Translations under genes and position numbers: made by a program
Source: Pseudomonas aeruginosa PAO1
GTDB taxonomy: Bacteria > Pseudomonadota > Gammaproteobacteria > Pseudomonadales > Pseudomonadaceae
Length of the DNA: 64,000 bases
Direction: 5' to 3' (one strand)
Assembly (NCBI RefSeq): GCF_000006765.1
Contig: NC_002516.2
The notes under the pieces: generated by a model
The model's input: the letters and a program-made list of their open reading frames with translations, nothing else
Told to the model about the DNA's origin: nothing
The model's database searches: none
Shown: positions 1 to 11,646 of the stretch, piece after piece
How the letters are laid out: each line of letters starts with the position of its first letter
How positions within the stretch are numbered: position 1 is the first letter of the stretch

Positions 1-2132
<2,132 letters not shown>

Positions 2133-2136
<4 letters not shown>

Positions 2137-3170
2137 GCGCGCCCCGGGTTCGCCTCGGCGACCTCTCGGTCGGCTTCGTCCAGGCGCTGGCCGACGCCCT
2201 GCTCGCCGCCGGCGTCGAGCCCGCACCACTGCTCGAGCAGTACGGCCTCGACCAGCGGCGCCTGGCCGAACCCGGGGCGCGCCTGTCGATCCCTCGCTAC
2301 ATGCGCCTCGGCCATGCCGCCATACAGCTCAGCGGCGACCCCGCCCTTGGCCTGCAGATGGGCCGCCTGAGCCGTCTCGGACAGATGGGCCTGGCCGGCG
2401 TCAGCGTCGCCCAGGCGCCCAACCTGCGCGCCGCCGCGCGGGCAATGATCCACCTGGAACCGCTTTACGCGCAGAACTACCGGGGCCAGTCGAGCCTGGT
2501 GGAAGACGCCGGCGGCGCCTGGCTGCGCTTCTATTCGATCAGCCCCTACAACGCCTACAACCGCTTCGTCGTCGATTCGGTGCTGGCGGGCTGGATCAGC
2601 CATCTCGGCGCCCTGGCAAGGCAGCCGTTGAAAGCGGAGCGGGTGGATATCGAATATCCAGCACCGCCTTGGGCCGAGCGCTACGAGGCATTCTTCGGCT
2701 GCCCGGTGGAATTCGGCGCGCCGACCAACCAGTTGCGCCTGAGCCAGGCCAGCCTGGCCCTGGCGAATGCCGAGCACTGTCCGAGCACCTGGAGCCAGAT
2801 GCTGGAACTCTGCAACCGCGAACTGGAGCAGTTGACCCGCACCCGCAGTTGGCGCGAGCGCGTCAGCCGCCTGCTGGGGCCGATGCTCAATGGCCGCGAG
2901 CCAGACCTCGAGGAAGTCGCCGCGCGCCTCAAGTTGCCGACCTGGACCCTGCGGCGCAAGCTGGCCGAGGAAGGCACGCAGTTCCGCAGCATCCTCAACG
3001 ACACCCGCCGCGACCTGGCGATGGTCTACATCCGCGAGACCGACCTGGCTTTCGGCGAAATCGCCTACCTGCTCGGCTTCGCCTCGGCGGAAGCCTTCCA
3101 GCGCGCCTTCAAGCGCTGGAGCGGGCAGACGCCCGGCGAATTCCGCCGCGCCCAGCGACAGAGCGCCTGA
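2133..3170 (+). CDS. AraC-family transcriptional regulator
   Basis: ATGA overlap with upstream stop. C-terminal double HTH (LEEVAARLKLPTWTLRRKL...FGEIAYLLGFASAEAFQRAFKRWSGQTPGEFR). Confidence 0.92.
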
Positions 3171-3257
3171 TCACATCTCGGTGGCGTCGTCCGCCGGCTC
3201 CGGCAGGTCGCATTCGGCGGCATGCTGCTCCAGCAGTTCTTCCTGGTAGTCGTCCAT
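3171..3257 (-). CDS. Putative 28-aa acidic small protein MDDYQEELLEQHAAECDLPEPADDATEM
   Basis: Below the ORF-track cutoff. AAAGGTGATC SD-like sequence 4 nt before ATG; 24/28 codons end in G/C; stop abuts the AraC stop. Confidence 0.6.
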   Translation of the reverse strand: MDDYQEELLEQHAAECDLPEPADDATEM

Positions 3258-3395
3258 CGCGGATCACCTTTCGTTCGTCTGTGTCTTTCAGCTGTAGACG
3301 AGGAAGATGACAGCGGGATTACCGCGCGCGGACCGACGGAGCAGGAAATCCGGCAAACAAGGAGAAAACGGAAGACGCAGGGGACGACGGAAACG

Positions 3396-3420
3396 AAAAA
3401 AGCGGCCATTGGCCGCTTTC
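3396..3420 (-). terminator. Rho-independent terminator of the tRNA Val-Asp-Asp transcript
   Basis: AAAGCGGCC-ATT-GGCCGCTTT hairpin with U-tract on the minus strand. Confidence 0.85.
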
Positions 3421-3457
3421 TTCGTGGCTCACCCCGCCTCGGCGTGGTGAAGATGTA

Positions 3458-3534
3458 TGGCGCAGCGGACGGGACTCGAACCCGCGACCCCCGGCGTGAC
3501 AGGCCGGTATTCTAACCGACTGAACTACCGCTGC
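3458..3534 (-). tRNA. tRNA-Asp(GTC)
   Basis: 77 nt GCAGCGG...CCGCTGC-G-CCA, anticodon loop CTGTCAC, T-loop GGTTCGAGTCC. Confidence 0.97.
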
Positions 3535-3648
3535 GCGTCGGCTGGGCAAGATGCCCGGTGAAGCGACTTCCTCTCGTTGCAGCCAGGCTGCCCGCCTTCT
3601 GGTGGAAGACGGCGAGTTCGGGGTGGTGAACTCGGGAGGGGAAGTGAA

Positions 3649-3725
3649 TGGCGCAGCGGACGGGACTCGAACCCGCGACCCCCGGCGTGACAGGCCGGTA
3701 TTCTAACCGACTGAACTACCGCTGC
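3649..3725 (-). tRNA. tRNA-Asp(GTC), identical second copy
   Basis: Same sequence as 3458-3534. Confidence 0.97.
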
Positions 3726-3741
3726 GCGTAACTTGCGAGAT

Positions 3742-3817
3742 TGGTGGGTGATGACGGGATCGAACCGCCGACCCTCTGCTTGTAAGGCAGATGCTCTCCC
3801 AGCTGAGCTAATCACCC
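3742..3817 (-). tRNA. tRNA-Val(TAC)
   Basis: 76 nt GGGTGAT...ATCACCC-A-CCA, anticodon loop CTTACAA. Confidence 0.97.
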
Positions 3818-3838
3818 TTCACTCTCGAAGTGGGGCGC

Positions 3839-3866
3839 ATTCTACCGACCGAAAAACCTAAGTCAA
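3839..3866 (-). promoter_or_regulatory. Stable-RNA sigma70 promoter for tRNA Val-Asp-Asp
   Basis: TTGACT-16 bp-TAGAAT followed by GC-rich discriminator GCGCCCC; upstream A/T tract. Confidence 0.85.
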
Positions 3867-3955
3867 TGCCCTGATTGAATTTTTTTTGAAATTTCGGCGA
3901 TCGCCTGTCGCCACGGTCGGCGCCGGGGCCCAGGCCGGCCCCAGCCACGGGCCGC

Positions 3956-4480
3956 TCACTCGACCCGCAGGCTCAGGCGCGCCGAGACCCGGCCGTCGAC
4001 CTGGCGGTCCAGGCCGGCCTCCGCCACCTGCACGCCCTGCCCGTTCAACTGCTCCAGCCAGGGCAGCAGCTTGGCGAATGGCGCCGGCTGCAGGGCCACC
4101 TGCACGGCGCCCTCGCCTTCGTTGTCGAGGCGCTCGACACTCAGTCCGGCCTGGGCTGCCGAAGCCGTGACCATGCCCTGCAGCGCCGCCGGGTCGATCT
4201 GCGCCTGTGGCGCCGCGGCATCGGCCTGGCGCACGTTGGGCGCCTGCTGCTGGATGTAGGCATGCAGCGCGCGCTGTTCGGTGAAGTACTGCCGCGCCGA
4301 CTGCAGATGGCGCTCGGCCGGGCGCCACAGCGCCAGGTAAAGCACCACCAGCAGGAGGAACGCGCCGAGCCAGAGCAGCGCCAGGCGGTCCCGCGCCGGC
4401 AGCCCGCGCCAGCGGATCGCCAGCTGCGAGGTTTCCGCCTGGGCCCTGAGGCGCTCGTGGAATTGCGTCATCACCTTCAT
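3956..4480 (-). CDS. xcpZ: T2SS inner-membrane protein GspM
   Basis: 174 aa, single TM helix (LALLWLGAFLLLVVLYLALW), last gene of the gsp operon. Confidence 0.93.
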   Translation of the reverse strand: MKVMTQFHERLRAQAETSQLAIRWRGLPARDRLALLWLGAFLLLVVLYLALWRPAERHLQSARQYFTEQRALHAYIQQQAPNVRQADAAAPQAQIDPAALQGMVTASAAQAGLSVERLDNEGEGAVQVALQPAPFAKLLPWLEQLNGQGVQVAEAGLDRQVDGRVSARLSLRVE

Positions 4481-4481
4481 C

Positions 4482-5630
4482 TCAACCTCCTATCACCAGG
4501 CGCGCGCTGACCGTCGAGCCATCGCGGCTGGCCGAACCCAGCTGCACCGCCAGCCCGGACTCGCTGAGACGCGAACGCAGCCGTTCCAGCACGTCGAAAC
4601 CGGGAGCCCGCACCTGGAGGGCGACGTCGCCGCGAGCGGCGCTGAAGTCCAGTTGCTCGACGCTCACCGTCGGCTCGCCGCCGATCACCGTGGCGGCCTG
4701 GCCAAGCAGGCCGAGCAACTGGCCCTCGCCGCCGCTGCTGGCGCTGTCGGCCAGGTGCTGGTCGAACTGCGCGCGCAGGTTGATCAGCTTGCGGTCCTCG
4801 GGAAACAACTGGCGGTAGAGTTCTGCGCTCTGCGCCGCGTAGCGGTCGCCTTCGCGCTGCAACTGCCAGGCCTGGACCAGGGTGAAGCCCCATTGCAATA
4901 CCAACCACAGCCCGACCAACCCCAGCAGCGGCCGCCAGCGGCGCCACTGGCTGCTCTGCTGGCGCGCGGCGAACTCGGCCTGGGCCAGGTCGGTGCCCAG
5001 CGGCTGCTCGCTCAGCCAGACGTGCGGATTGCCCGCCAGGGCCTGGACTTCCACCCCCTCCAGGGGCGCCACCTCCTGCGCGGCGAAGGCCCGCTGCGGC
5101 GGCGGGCAACTGTCGCGCAGTACCGGCCAATCCTCGCTGCCGCAGGCCAGGCGTACGGCGCCGCTGCCGCCGAGCAACCAGCGCTCTTCCAGCCAGAACA
5201 GGCAACTGCCCTCGCCCGGCAGGCAATCGGCATCGACATGCAGCGAAGCCGGCGCCTTGCCCGCGCCCTCGGCCAGCGCCAGCCAGGCGGCGAGCCAGGT
5301 GCGCTGCACGGCGAATACCCGGTGGCGGCCGTCGGCCAGCGCCGGACCAAGGGCAAGGTGCATCTGCTCGACATCGTCGGCCAGTTGTTCCTCCACCGCG
5401 AACGGCAGCGACTGGCGCAACCAGCGCGCCTTCTGTGTAGGCAGGTTCACCGCGCAGGCGGTCACCGCCTCCACCGGCAGGTACAGCCGCCAGGGCGCGC
5501 GGATCTCCGCCAGCGCCTGGGCGAACGGCGCGCGCCGGCACTCGCCATCCTGCACCCACCATACCGCCAGTTCCCCATCGGCCCCCGCCGTGCTGGCGGG
5601 CGGCAGGAACAGCGCACTCACTCCACTCAT
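4482..5630 (-). CDS. xcpY: T2SS inner-membrane protein GspL
   Basis: 382 aa from ATG 5630 (MSGVSALFLPP...); LPFAVEEQLADDVE GspL motif; overlaps xcpX stop. Confidence 0.93.
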   Translation of the reverse strand: MSGVSALFLPPASTAGADGELAVWWVQDGECRRAPFAQALAEIRAPWRLYLPVEAVTACAVNLPTQKARWLRQSLPFAVEEQLADDVEQMHLALGPALADGRHRVFAVQRTWLAAWLALAEGAGKAPASLHVDADCLPGEGSCLFWLEERWLLGGSGAVRLACGSEDWPVLRDSCPPPQRAFAAQEVAPLEGVEVQALAGNPHVWLSEQPLGTDLAQAEFAARQQSSQWRRWRPLLGLVGLWLVLQWGFTLVQAWQLQREGDRYAAQSAELYRQLFPEDRKLINLRAQFDQHLADSASSGGEGQLLGLLGQAATVIGGEPTVSVEQLDFSAARGDVALQVRAPGFDVLERLRSRLSESGLAVQLGSASRDGSTVSARLVIGG

Positions 5631-6628
5631 CGCTCGTCCTTCTTCCAATCGTCGCCGCCCGTCGACGGGATGGGCAGGCCGCCCTGCCCCATGTCGCGGG
5701 CCATCACGCGTATCTTGCCGTCCTTGCCCCGCTGCAAGGTACTCACCAGCACCTGCCGGCGGTCGCCCAGGCTGACCTCGCTGATCACCTGGAAGTAGCG
5801 GGTGCCGACGGCATAACTGACGTTTCCGGTCTTCGAACCCAACTGGGTCAGATGCTTGGTGAAATCGTCCTTGCTCTGGAAACCTTCCCGACCGCGGGCG
5901 TCCACGATGTTTTCCGCCTGTCCCGGATCGATCTCGAACATGGCGGCCAGCACCGGCACGCTGGCAGTGTTCACGTTCAGCGGCGCATCTTCGGGCAAGG
6001 CGCTGACGAACGGCAGCAGGCGTCGATAGTCGGCTTCCGACAATTTCAGCAGGCGCAGCTCGGACACGTCCTTGAAACTGCGGTTGGCGGCGCGGTAGGC
6101 CGGCGCCTCCAGCAGGTACTGGTTGTCCTCGGCGCCTTGCTCGCCCTGCGGATTCTGGTCGGCGTCGAGCCAGTCGGCCAGCCGGTCCGGCAAGCCCTGG
6201 ACGATCTCTTCCTTCATCCCCAGGGTGGCCAGCAGGCGACGGAACTGCTTCACCGAGTCCGGCTTGACCTTGCGCTTGCGCACCAGTCCGTTGAGGTTGA
6301 AACGCCCGCTGGGGTCCTCGATCCGCACCCGCAGCTCGCCGCCGTCGTCCAGCTTGAACGGCGTCATCGGTCGCGCCCAGGCCTCGCCCAGGTGGTCCAC
6401 CGGCTCGCGGGTATTCTCGCCGCCCTGGCGCAGGTCGCGGCGCAGCACCGCTTCCGCCAGGCGTTCGCCGCCCAGCGCATAGTGCCAGGCCTGGCGCACG
6501 TGCAACTGGTTGGCGCTGCTGCGTATCGCCAACTGCTGGCGGATGATCAGCCCGGCGCAGACGATGGTCACCACCGCCACCACCAGCAGCACGGTGATCA
6601 GCGCGACGCCGTTCTGCCCGCGCCTCAT
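5627..6628 (-). CDS. xcpX: T2SS minor pseudopilin GspK
   Basis: 333 aa; prepilin site QNG/VALITVLL lacking Glu+5, as expected for GspK. Confidence 0.93.
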   Translation of the reverse strand: MRRGQNGVALITVLLVVAVVTIVCAGLIIRQQLAIRSSANQLHVRQAWHYALGGERLAEAVLRRDLRQGGENTREPVDHLGEAWARPMTPFKLDDGGELRVRIEDPSGRFNLNGLVRKRKVKPDSVKQFRRLLATLGMKEEIVQGLPDRLADWLDADQNPQGEQGAEDNQYLLEAPAYRAANRSFKDVSELRLLKLSEADYRRLLPFVSALPEDAPLNVNTASVPVLAAMFEIDPGQAENIVDARGREGFQSKDDFTKHLTQLGSKTGNVSYAVGTRYFQVISEVSLGDRRQVLVSTLQRGKDGKIRVMARDMGQGGLPIPSTGGDDWKKDER

Positions 6629-7338
6629 TCCGGCGCCCCCGGCATGCCTTCCGGCGGCTGCGGCACTCCGCCCTCGCCGTTCTCGCCATTCTCGCCGCCC
6701 GGCTGGCCCTGCGGCTGGTCCTGCTTGAGCGGCGGATCGAGCAGACGCCAGACGCGCACCAGCTTGCCGTAGTGGCGGTGCTCCAGGGTCATCTCCACCG
6801 CCAGCGGCAGGCTTTCCAGGCGCTCCTCCTCGCTGCCTTCGTCGGTCGGCCAGTGGCCCTGCCAGTTGTGCTCCTTGTCGAGGAAGCGCCAGCTCAGCGC
6901 GGTAACCCCGTCCAGCACCTGCTGCACCCGTGGCTTGCTGTCCTGGGCGCGGTCCAGAACCAGCCAGTAGCGGCGTTCGAGGGTCTCCCCGGACAGCGAC
7001 CAGCGCACCCGCTGCAGGCGCGAGCGCGCCTGACCGAGCGGGTTGCGCCAGCCGCCACGGGTGAATTCGACGATCTGGTCGTTCTCGCCCTCGCTGAGGA
7101 AGGCGCCACGGTTATCGCCCAGTTCGTCGCGTACCGGACGTTCGACCGCCTGGGTCAGGTCGCGCTCCAGCGCGCCCATCGCCCGCACCAGCTCGCGCAT
7201 GCGCTGCTCCTGCACGCGAGTCGCCTGGTCGGTCTGCATCACGCTGTCGAACATGCGGTAGGTGGCCAGGGCCAGCAGGGCGAAGATGGCGATGGCGATC
7301 AGCAGCTCGAGCAGGGTGAAGCCCCGCTGTAGCCTCAT
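6625..7338 (-). CDS. xcpW: T2SS minor pseudopilin GspJ
   Basis: 237 aa from MRLQRG/FTLLELL class III signal. Confidence 0.94.
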   Translation of the reverse strand: MRLQRGFTLLELLIAIAIFALLALATYRMFDSVMQTDQATRVQEQRMRELVRAMGALERDLTQAVERPVRDELGDNRGAFLSEGENDQIVEFTRGGWRNPLGQARSRLQRVRWSLSGETLERRYWLVLDRAQDSKPRVQQVLDGVTALSWRFLDKEHNWQGHWPTDEGSEEERLESLPLAVEMTLEHRHYGKLVRVWRLLDPPLKQDQPQGQPGGENGENGEGGVPQPPEGMPGAPE

Positions 7339-7724
7339 GGCTGGCTCCCGAGGAAACCGACGAGGCGCGCCGCGGCGCGTTCCTCGATGCTGCCACGCTC
7401 GCGGCCAAGGGGCTTCGCCGCGACCCAGACGATCACCCGCCGCATATCCTGCTCGGCGGTGCTGTCGACCTGGGTGCGCCACTCCCAGCGGCGCCCGGCG
7501 AACTCCAGCTCGCCCTGGTTGCGGCCGCTGGAGGGCGGCGTCTGTTCCAGTTGCAATTCGTTGAGACGGTTGTCGGCGATCCACATCGCCAGGGTCTTGT
7601 CTTCCAGCCGCGAGGCGTTCTGCAGGCTGCGCGCGCTGGCACTGAGCACGCTGGCCGCGACCATGGCGAAGATCGCCAGGGCCACCAGCACTTCCAGCAG
7701 GGTGAAACCACGCGCGCGCTTCAT
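7335..7724 (-). CDS. xcpV: T2SS minor pseudopilin GspI
   Basis: 129 aa from MKRARG/FTLLEVL. Confidence 0.94.
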   Translation of the reverse strand: MKRARGFTLLEVLVALAIFAMVAASVLSASARSLQNASRLEDKTLAMWIADNRLNELQLEQTPPSSGRNQGELEFAGRRWEWRTQVDSTAEQDMRRVIVWVAAKPLGRERGSIEERAAARLVGFLGSQP

Positions 7725-8239
7725 CGCCGCGCCACCTCGACCCGTGGCAGGCGGAAACCGTCGCTGCTCAGCGACAACGCCCGCCCCTCGGGTCCGCGCT
7801 CGGCCAGGCGCAGGCGGAACGGACTGAGTTCGCCACTGGAGAGGATCAGCAATTGCGGCTGGTCGGTGCCTTTCTTCTGCTCCTTCTCGCCCTTGCTGCC
7901 GGCCAGCACCAGCGGCTGGCCGTCCAGCTCGAAGGTCAGCTCCGCCCACTCCGGCAGGCGGTGGCTGTCGCGCGCCACCGGCAACCAGCGCGCCTTCGCT
8001 TCGTCGTAGCGCAGTACCTGGTAGGCATCGCGCTCCAGGCGCAGGCCGTACTCGCGGTTGTCCAGCACGGCCTCGTCGGTCAGCACGCCGATCAGCCCGG
8101 CGAGCCGCTCGGCCTCGCTGTCCAGCTCCCGCGAGGTGCTGGCGAAGCCGGTGCTGAGCACCGCCAGGCCGATCAGTACGCTGATGATGACCATCACCAC
8201 CATCAGCTCGATGAGGGTGAAGCCGCGCGAAGCCCGCAT
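7721..8239 (-). CDS. xcpU: T2SS minor pseudopilin GspH
   Basis: 172 aa MRASRG/FTLIELM. Confidence 0.94.
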   Translation of the reverse strand: MRASRGFTLIELMVVMVIISVLIGLAVLSTGFASTSRELDSEAERLAGLIGVLTDEAVLDNREYGLRLERDAYQVLRYDEAKARWLPVARDSHRLPEWAELTFELDGQPLVLAGSKGEKEQKKGTDQPQLLILSSGELSPFRLRLAERGPEGRALSLSSDGFRLPRVEVARR

Positions 8240-8245
8240 GTCCGG

Positions 8246-8692
8246 TCAGTTGTCCCAGTTGCCGATGTCGGCGTCGTTGTCGCTGCCGCCTTCCTTGCCG
8301 TCGGCGCCCAGCGAATACAGGTCGAACGGGCCCTTGGTGCCCGGCGCCAGGTACTGGTAGGGATTGCCCCACGGATCGACCGGCAGCTTCTTCAGGTAGC
8401 CGTCCTTGTTCCAGTTCTTCGGCTGCGGATTGCCGGTGGGCTTCTTCACCAGCGCCTCGAGGCCCTGCTGGGTGCTCGGATAGGCGAAGTTGTCCAGCTT
8501 GTACATGTCCAGCGCGGCAGCGATGGCCTTGATGTCGCCCTTGGCCACGGTGACCTTGGCCTGGTCGGGACGGCTCATTACCTGCGGCACCACCAGGGCG
8601 GCGAGGATGCCGAGGATGACCACCACGACCATGATTTCGATCAGGGTGAAGCCCGACTGTTGGCGACGCTGCAATGGGCGGCTCTGATTCAC
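8246..8692 (-). CDS. xcpT: T2SS major pseudopilin GspG
   Basis: [28 protein letters not shown] start at 8692; alternative TTG start at 8674. Confidence 0.96.
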   Translation of the reverse strand: MNQSRPLQRRQQSGFTLIEIMVVVVILGILAALVVPQVMSRPDQAKVTVAKGDIKAIAAALDMYKLDNFAYPSTQQGLEALVKKPTGNPQPKNWNKDGYLKKLPVDPWGNPYQYLAPGTKGPFDLYSLGADGKEGGSDNDADIGNWDN

Positions 8693-8696
8693 GCGA

Positions 8697-9914
8697 TTAC
8701 CCCACGAGTTGGTTGAGAGAAAGGATCGGAAGAAGAATGGCCAGGACGATGACCAGCACCACCGCGCCCATGAATATCAGCATGAACGGTTCGAACAGGC
8801 CGACCATCAGGCCGATCTGCGCCGCCAGGTCGTTCTCCTGGTTGCGCGCGGTGCGCGCCAGCATCTGGTCCAGCTCGCCGGAGCGCTCGCCGCTGGCGAT
8901 CATGTGCAGCATCATCGGCGGAAACTGCCCGGTGGCTTCCAGCGAGCGGGTCAGGCTGGCGCCCTCGCGGACCTTCTGCGCGGCCTTGACCACTTCGTTG
9001 CGGATGATCCGGTTGGCGATCACCTCGGCGGCGATCGCCAGCGCCTCCACCAGCGGCACGCCGCTGCGGGTGAGGATCGCCAGGGTCGAGGCGAAGCGCG
9101 CGGTGTCGGTGGAACGCACCAGCCGACCGACCAGCGGCACGCGCAGCAGGAAGCCATGCCAGCGCTCGCGAAAGGCATCCTTGCGCAGCGCGTAGCGGAA
9201 GCCGATCACCCCGCCGATCGCCGCGACGAAGGCCAGCGCACCCCAGGCCTTGACCCAGTCGCTGACGCCGATCAGCACGCGGGTCAACAGCGGCAGGGTC
9301 TGCCCGCTGTCGATGAACACCCGGACCACGTCGGGCACCACGTAGCCCAGCAGGAAGCCGACGATGGCCAGCGAAGCGACCATCAGGATCACCGGATAGA
9401 GCAGCGCCAGCTGGATCTTCTGCCGCGACTGCTGGCGCTGCTCGGTGTAGTCGGCAAGTTGCTCCAGCACCGGGCCGAGGTGCCCGGCATGCTCGCCGGC
9501 AGCCACAGTCGCCCGGTACAGCTCGGGAAAGGCGGTGGGAAACTCGCGCAGGCTGCCGGCCAGGCTATGGCCTTCGAGGACCTTGGCGCGCACCGCGAGA
9601 AGCATCGACTGGATGCGCTGCGAGGTGGACTGCGCCGCGGCGGCGCGCAGCGCCTCCTCGATCGGCAACGCGGCCTGGACCAGGGTCGCCAGTTGCCGGG
9701 TCACCAATGCCAGGTCGCGCGCGGACAGTCCGCGGGCGAACGTCAGGCGCCCGCCCTGCCCGCTCTGCTCGCGGGTACGGGTGGGCTTCACGTCGAGCGG
9801 CGCCAATTGGCGCTCGCGCAGCAACTGGCGGACCTGGCGCGCGCTGTCCGCCTCCAGCACGCCCTTCTGCTGGCGACCGCTGGGGTCGAGGGCGAGGTAT
9901 TCGAAGGCGGCCAT
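8697..9914 (-). CDS. xcpS: T2SS platform protein GspF
   Basis: 405 aa, two GspF repeats ([16 protein letters not shown]). Confidence 0.96.
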   Translation of the reverse strand: MAAFEYLALDPSGRQQKGVLEADSARQVRQLLRERQLAPLDVKPTRTREQSGQGGRLTFARGLSARDLALVTRQLATLVQAALPIEEALRAAAAQSTSQRIQSMLLAVRAKVLEGHSLAGSLREFPTAFPELYRATVAAGEHAGHLGPVLEQLADYTEQRQQSRQKIQLALLYPVILMVASLAIVGFLLGYVVPDVVRVFIDSGQTLPLLTRVLIGVSDWVKAWGALAFVAAIGGVIGFRYALRKDAFRERWHGFLLRVPLVGRLVRSTDTARFASTLAILTRSGVPLVEALAIAAEVIANRIIRNEVVKAAQKVREGASLTRSLEATGQFPPMMLHMIASGERSGELDQMLARTARNQENDLAAQIGLMVGLFEPFMLIFMGAVVLVIVLAILLPILSLNQLVG

Positions 9915-11422
9915 TATTCTTCCCGGGTCACGCGCAGGACTTCCTCGACCGTGGTGACGCCTTCCAGCACCTTGCGCCGACCGTCGTCGCGGATGCTCGG
10001 TCCGCTGGTGCGGGCATGCCGGGTCATTTCCTGCTCGGAGGATTCGTTGTGGATCAGCGAGCGCATGTGGTCGTCGAACACCACCAGCTCATAGATACCG
10101 GTACGCCCGCGATAGCCATGCTGGTGGCACTCGCCGCAGCCGCGGGCGCGATGCAGGGTCGGCGGCGCGGCGGGATCGACGCCGAGCAGCGCGCACTCGG
10201 CCTCGTCGGCGCGGTAGGGCTCCTTGCACGCCGGGCAGAGCACCCGCACCAGGCGCTGGGCCAGCACGCCAAGCATGGAGGAGGACAGCAGGAACGGCTC
10301 GATGCCCATGTCCACCAGGCGGGTGATCGCACCGATGGCGCTGTTGGTGTGCAGGGTCGAGAGCACCAGGTGGCCGGTCAGCGAAGCCTGCACCGCGATC
10401 TCGGCGGTCTCCCGGTCGCGGATCTCGCCGACCATCACCACGTCCGGGTCCTGCCGGAGGATCGCCCGCAGGCCGCGGGCGAAGGTCATGTCGACCTTGG
10501 CGTTGACCTGGGTCTGGCCGATGCCCTCCAGGTGGTATTCGATCGGATCCTCGACGGTGAGGATGTTCCGCGTGCGGTCGTTGAGCGTGGTCAGGCTGGC
10601 GTACAGGGTGGTGGTCTTGCCCGAGCCGGTGGGGCCGGTGACCAGCAGGATGCCGTGCGGCTTGCGCACCGTTTCGTCCATCAGCTTGCGGTCGCGCTCG
10701 CTCATGCCCAAGTGTTGCAGGTTCAGGCGCCCGGCCTGCTTGTCGAGCAGACGCAGCACCACCCGTTCACCGTTGGCCGAGGGCAGGGTCGAGACGCGGA
10801 TGTCCACCTCGCGCCCGCCGACCCGCAGGGAAATCCGCCCATCCTGGGGAATACGCTTCTCGGCGATGTCCAGCCGTGCCATGACCTTGATCCGCGATAC
10901 CAGCAGGGCCGCCAGCTCGCGCTTGGGCTCCAGCACCTCGCGCAGCACGCCGTCGACGCGGAAGCGCACCACCAGGCGTTTCTCGAAGGTTTCCAGGTGG
11001 ATGTCCGAGGCGTTCTCGCGGATCGCCTCGCCGAGGATCGCGTTGATCAGGCGAATGATCGGCGCGTCGTCCTCCTGCTCCATCAGGTCCTCGGTTTCCG
11101 GGACCTGGTCGGCCAGCGCGGCGAGGTCCAGGCTGCCGCCGAGGTCCTCGGCGAGCTGCATGGCCGCCGAGGAGTCGTGCTGGTAGGAGGCCGCCAGGGC
11201 CTGGTTGAAGGCGTCCTCGCCGAGCGCCTTGAGCGGCAGGCGGCGGCCGGCGAAGCGCTGCGCCTCGGCGATCGCCGCCAGCTCCACCTGCGGCCGGCAG
11301 GCCAGCCAGTACTGCTCCTCCAGGCACAGGAACAGCAGGCCCTGGCGCTTGGCGAAGCTGAACGGCAGACGCCGTGGCGGTGCGGCCGGCGCGGCGATGT
11401 CGGGTAATGGGGCTGTCATCAT
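9914..11422 (-). CDS. xcpR: T2SS ATPase GspE
   Basis: 502 aa, Walker [15 protein letters not shown], CxxC zinc motifs. Confidence 0.97.
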   Translation of the reverse strand: MMTAPLPDIAAPAAPPRRLPFSFAKRQGLLFLCLEEQYWLACRPQVELAAIAEAQRFAGRRLPLKALGEDAFNQALAASYQHDSSAAMQLAEDLGGSLDLAALADQVPETEDLMEQEDDAPIIRLINAILGEAIRENASDIHLETFEKRLVVRFRVDGVLREVLEPKRELAALLVSRIKVMARLDIAEKRIPQDGRISLRVGGREVDIRVSTLPSANGERVVLRLLDKQAGRLNLQHLGMSERDRKLMDETVRKPHGILLVTGPTGSGKTTTLYASLTTLNDRTRNILTVEDPIEYHLEGIGQTQVNAKVDMTFARGLRAILRQDPDVVMVGEIRDRETAEIAVQASLTGHLVLSTLHTNSAIGAITRLVDMGIEPFLLSSSMLGVLAQRLVRVLCPACKEPYRADEAECALLGVDPAAPPTLHRARGCGECHQHGYRGRTGIYELVVFDDHMRSLIHNESSEQEMTRHARTSGPSIRDDGRRKVLEGVTTVEEVLRVTREE

Positions 11423-11442
11423 GGATGCCTTATAGCGGTAAC

Positions 11443-11554
11443 CTTACAGAAGTATCTTGGTCGTATATGACCACTGAACGGTTACCGTCAGTATTGTTAG
11501 TTGTTAGTCGTTTTGTGCGGCCGATCCCGAGTTCCTCTTGCAGAAGTATCCTGG
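11443..11554. repeat. 18-bp direct repeat pair in the xcpR-xcpP intergenic region
   Basis: CTTACAGAAGTATCTTGG (11443-11460) and CTTGCAGAAGTATCCTGG (11537-11554), 16/18 identical, 94 bp apart. Confidence 0.75.
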
Positions 11555-11599
11555 CGAGCCGTTATCTTAAGCACAAGCGTGCCTGGCCCGGCCAGTCAC

Positions 11600-11646
11600 A
11601 CCTATTGATAGAAGTAGGTAGCCTACTGGCAACGAACTGCTATGAT
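11600..11646 (+). promoter_or_regulatory. las/lux-type box plus extended -10 promoter for xcpPQ
   Basis: ACCT-N12-AGGT at 11600-11619; TG-c-TATGAT at 11638-11646. Confidence 0.65.

Noticed and set aside
3458-3817. tRNA clusters (also 42724-43214 and 52013-52088) as island integration sites
   Set aside because: No integrase next to them and no duplicated tRNA 3' end (att) seen elsewhere in the window.
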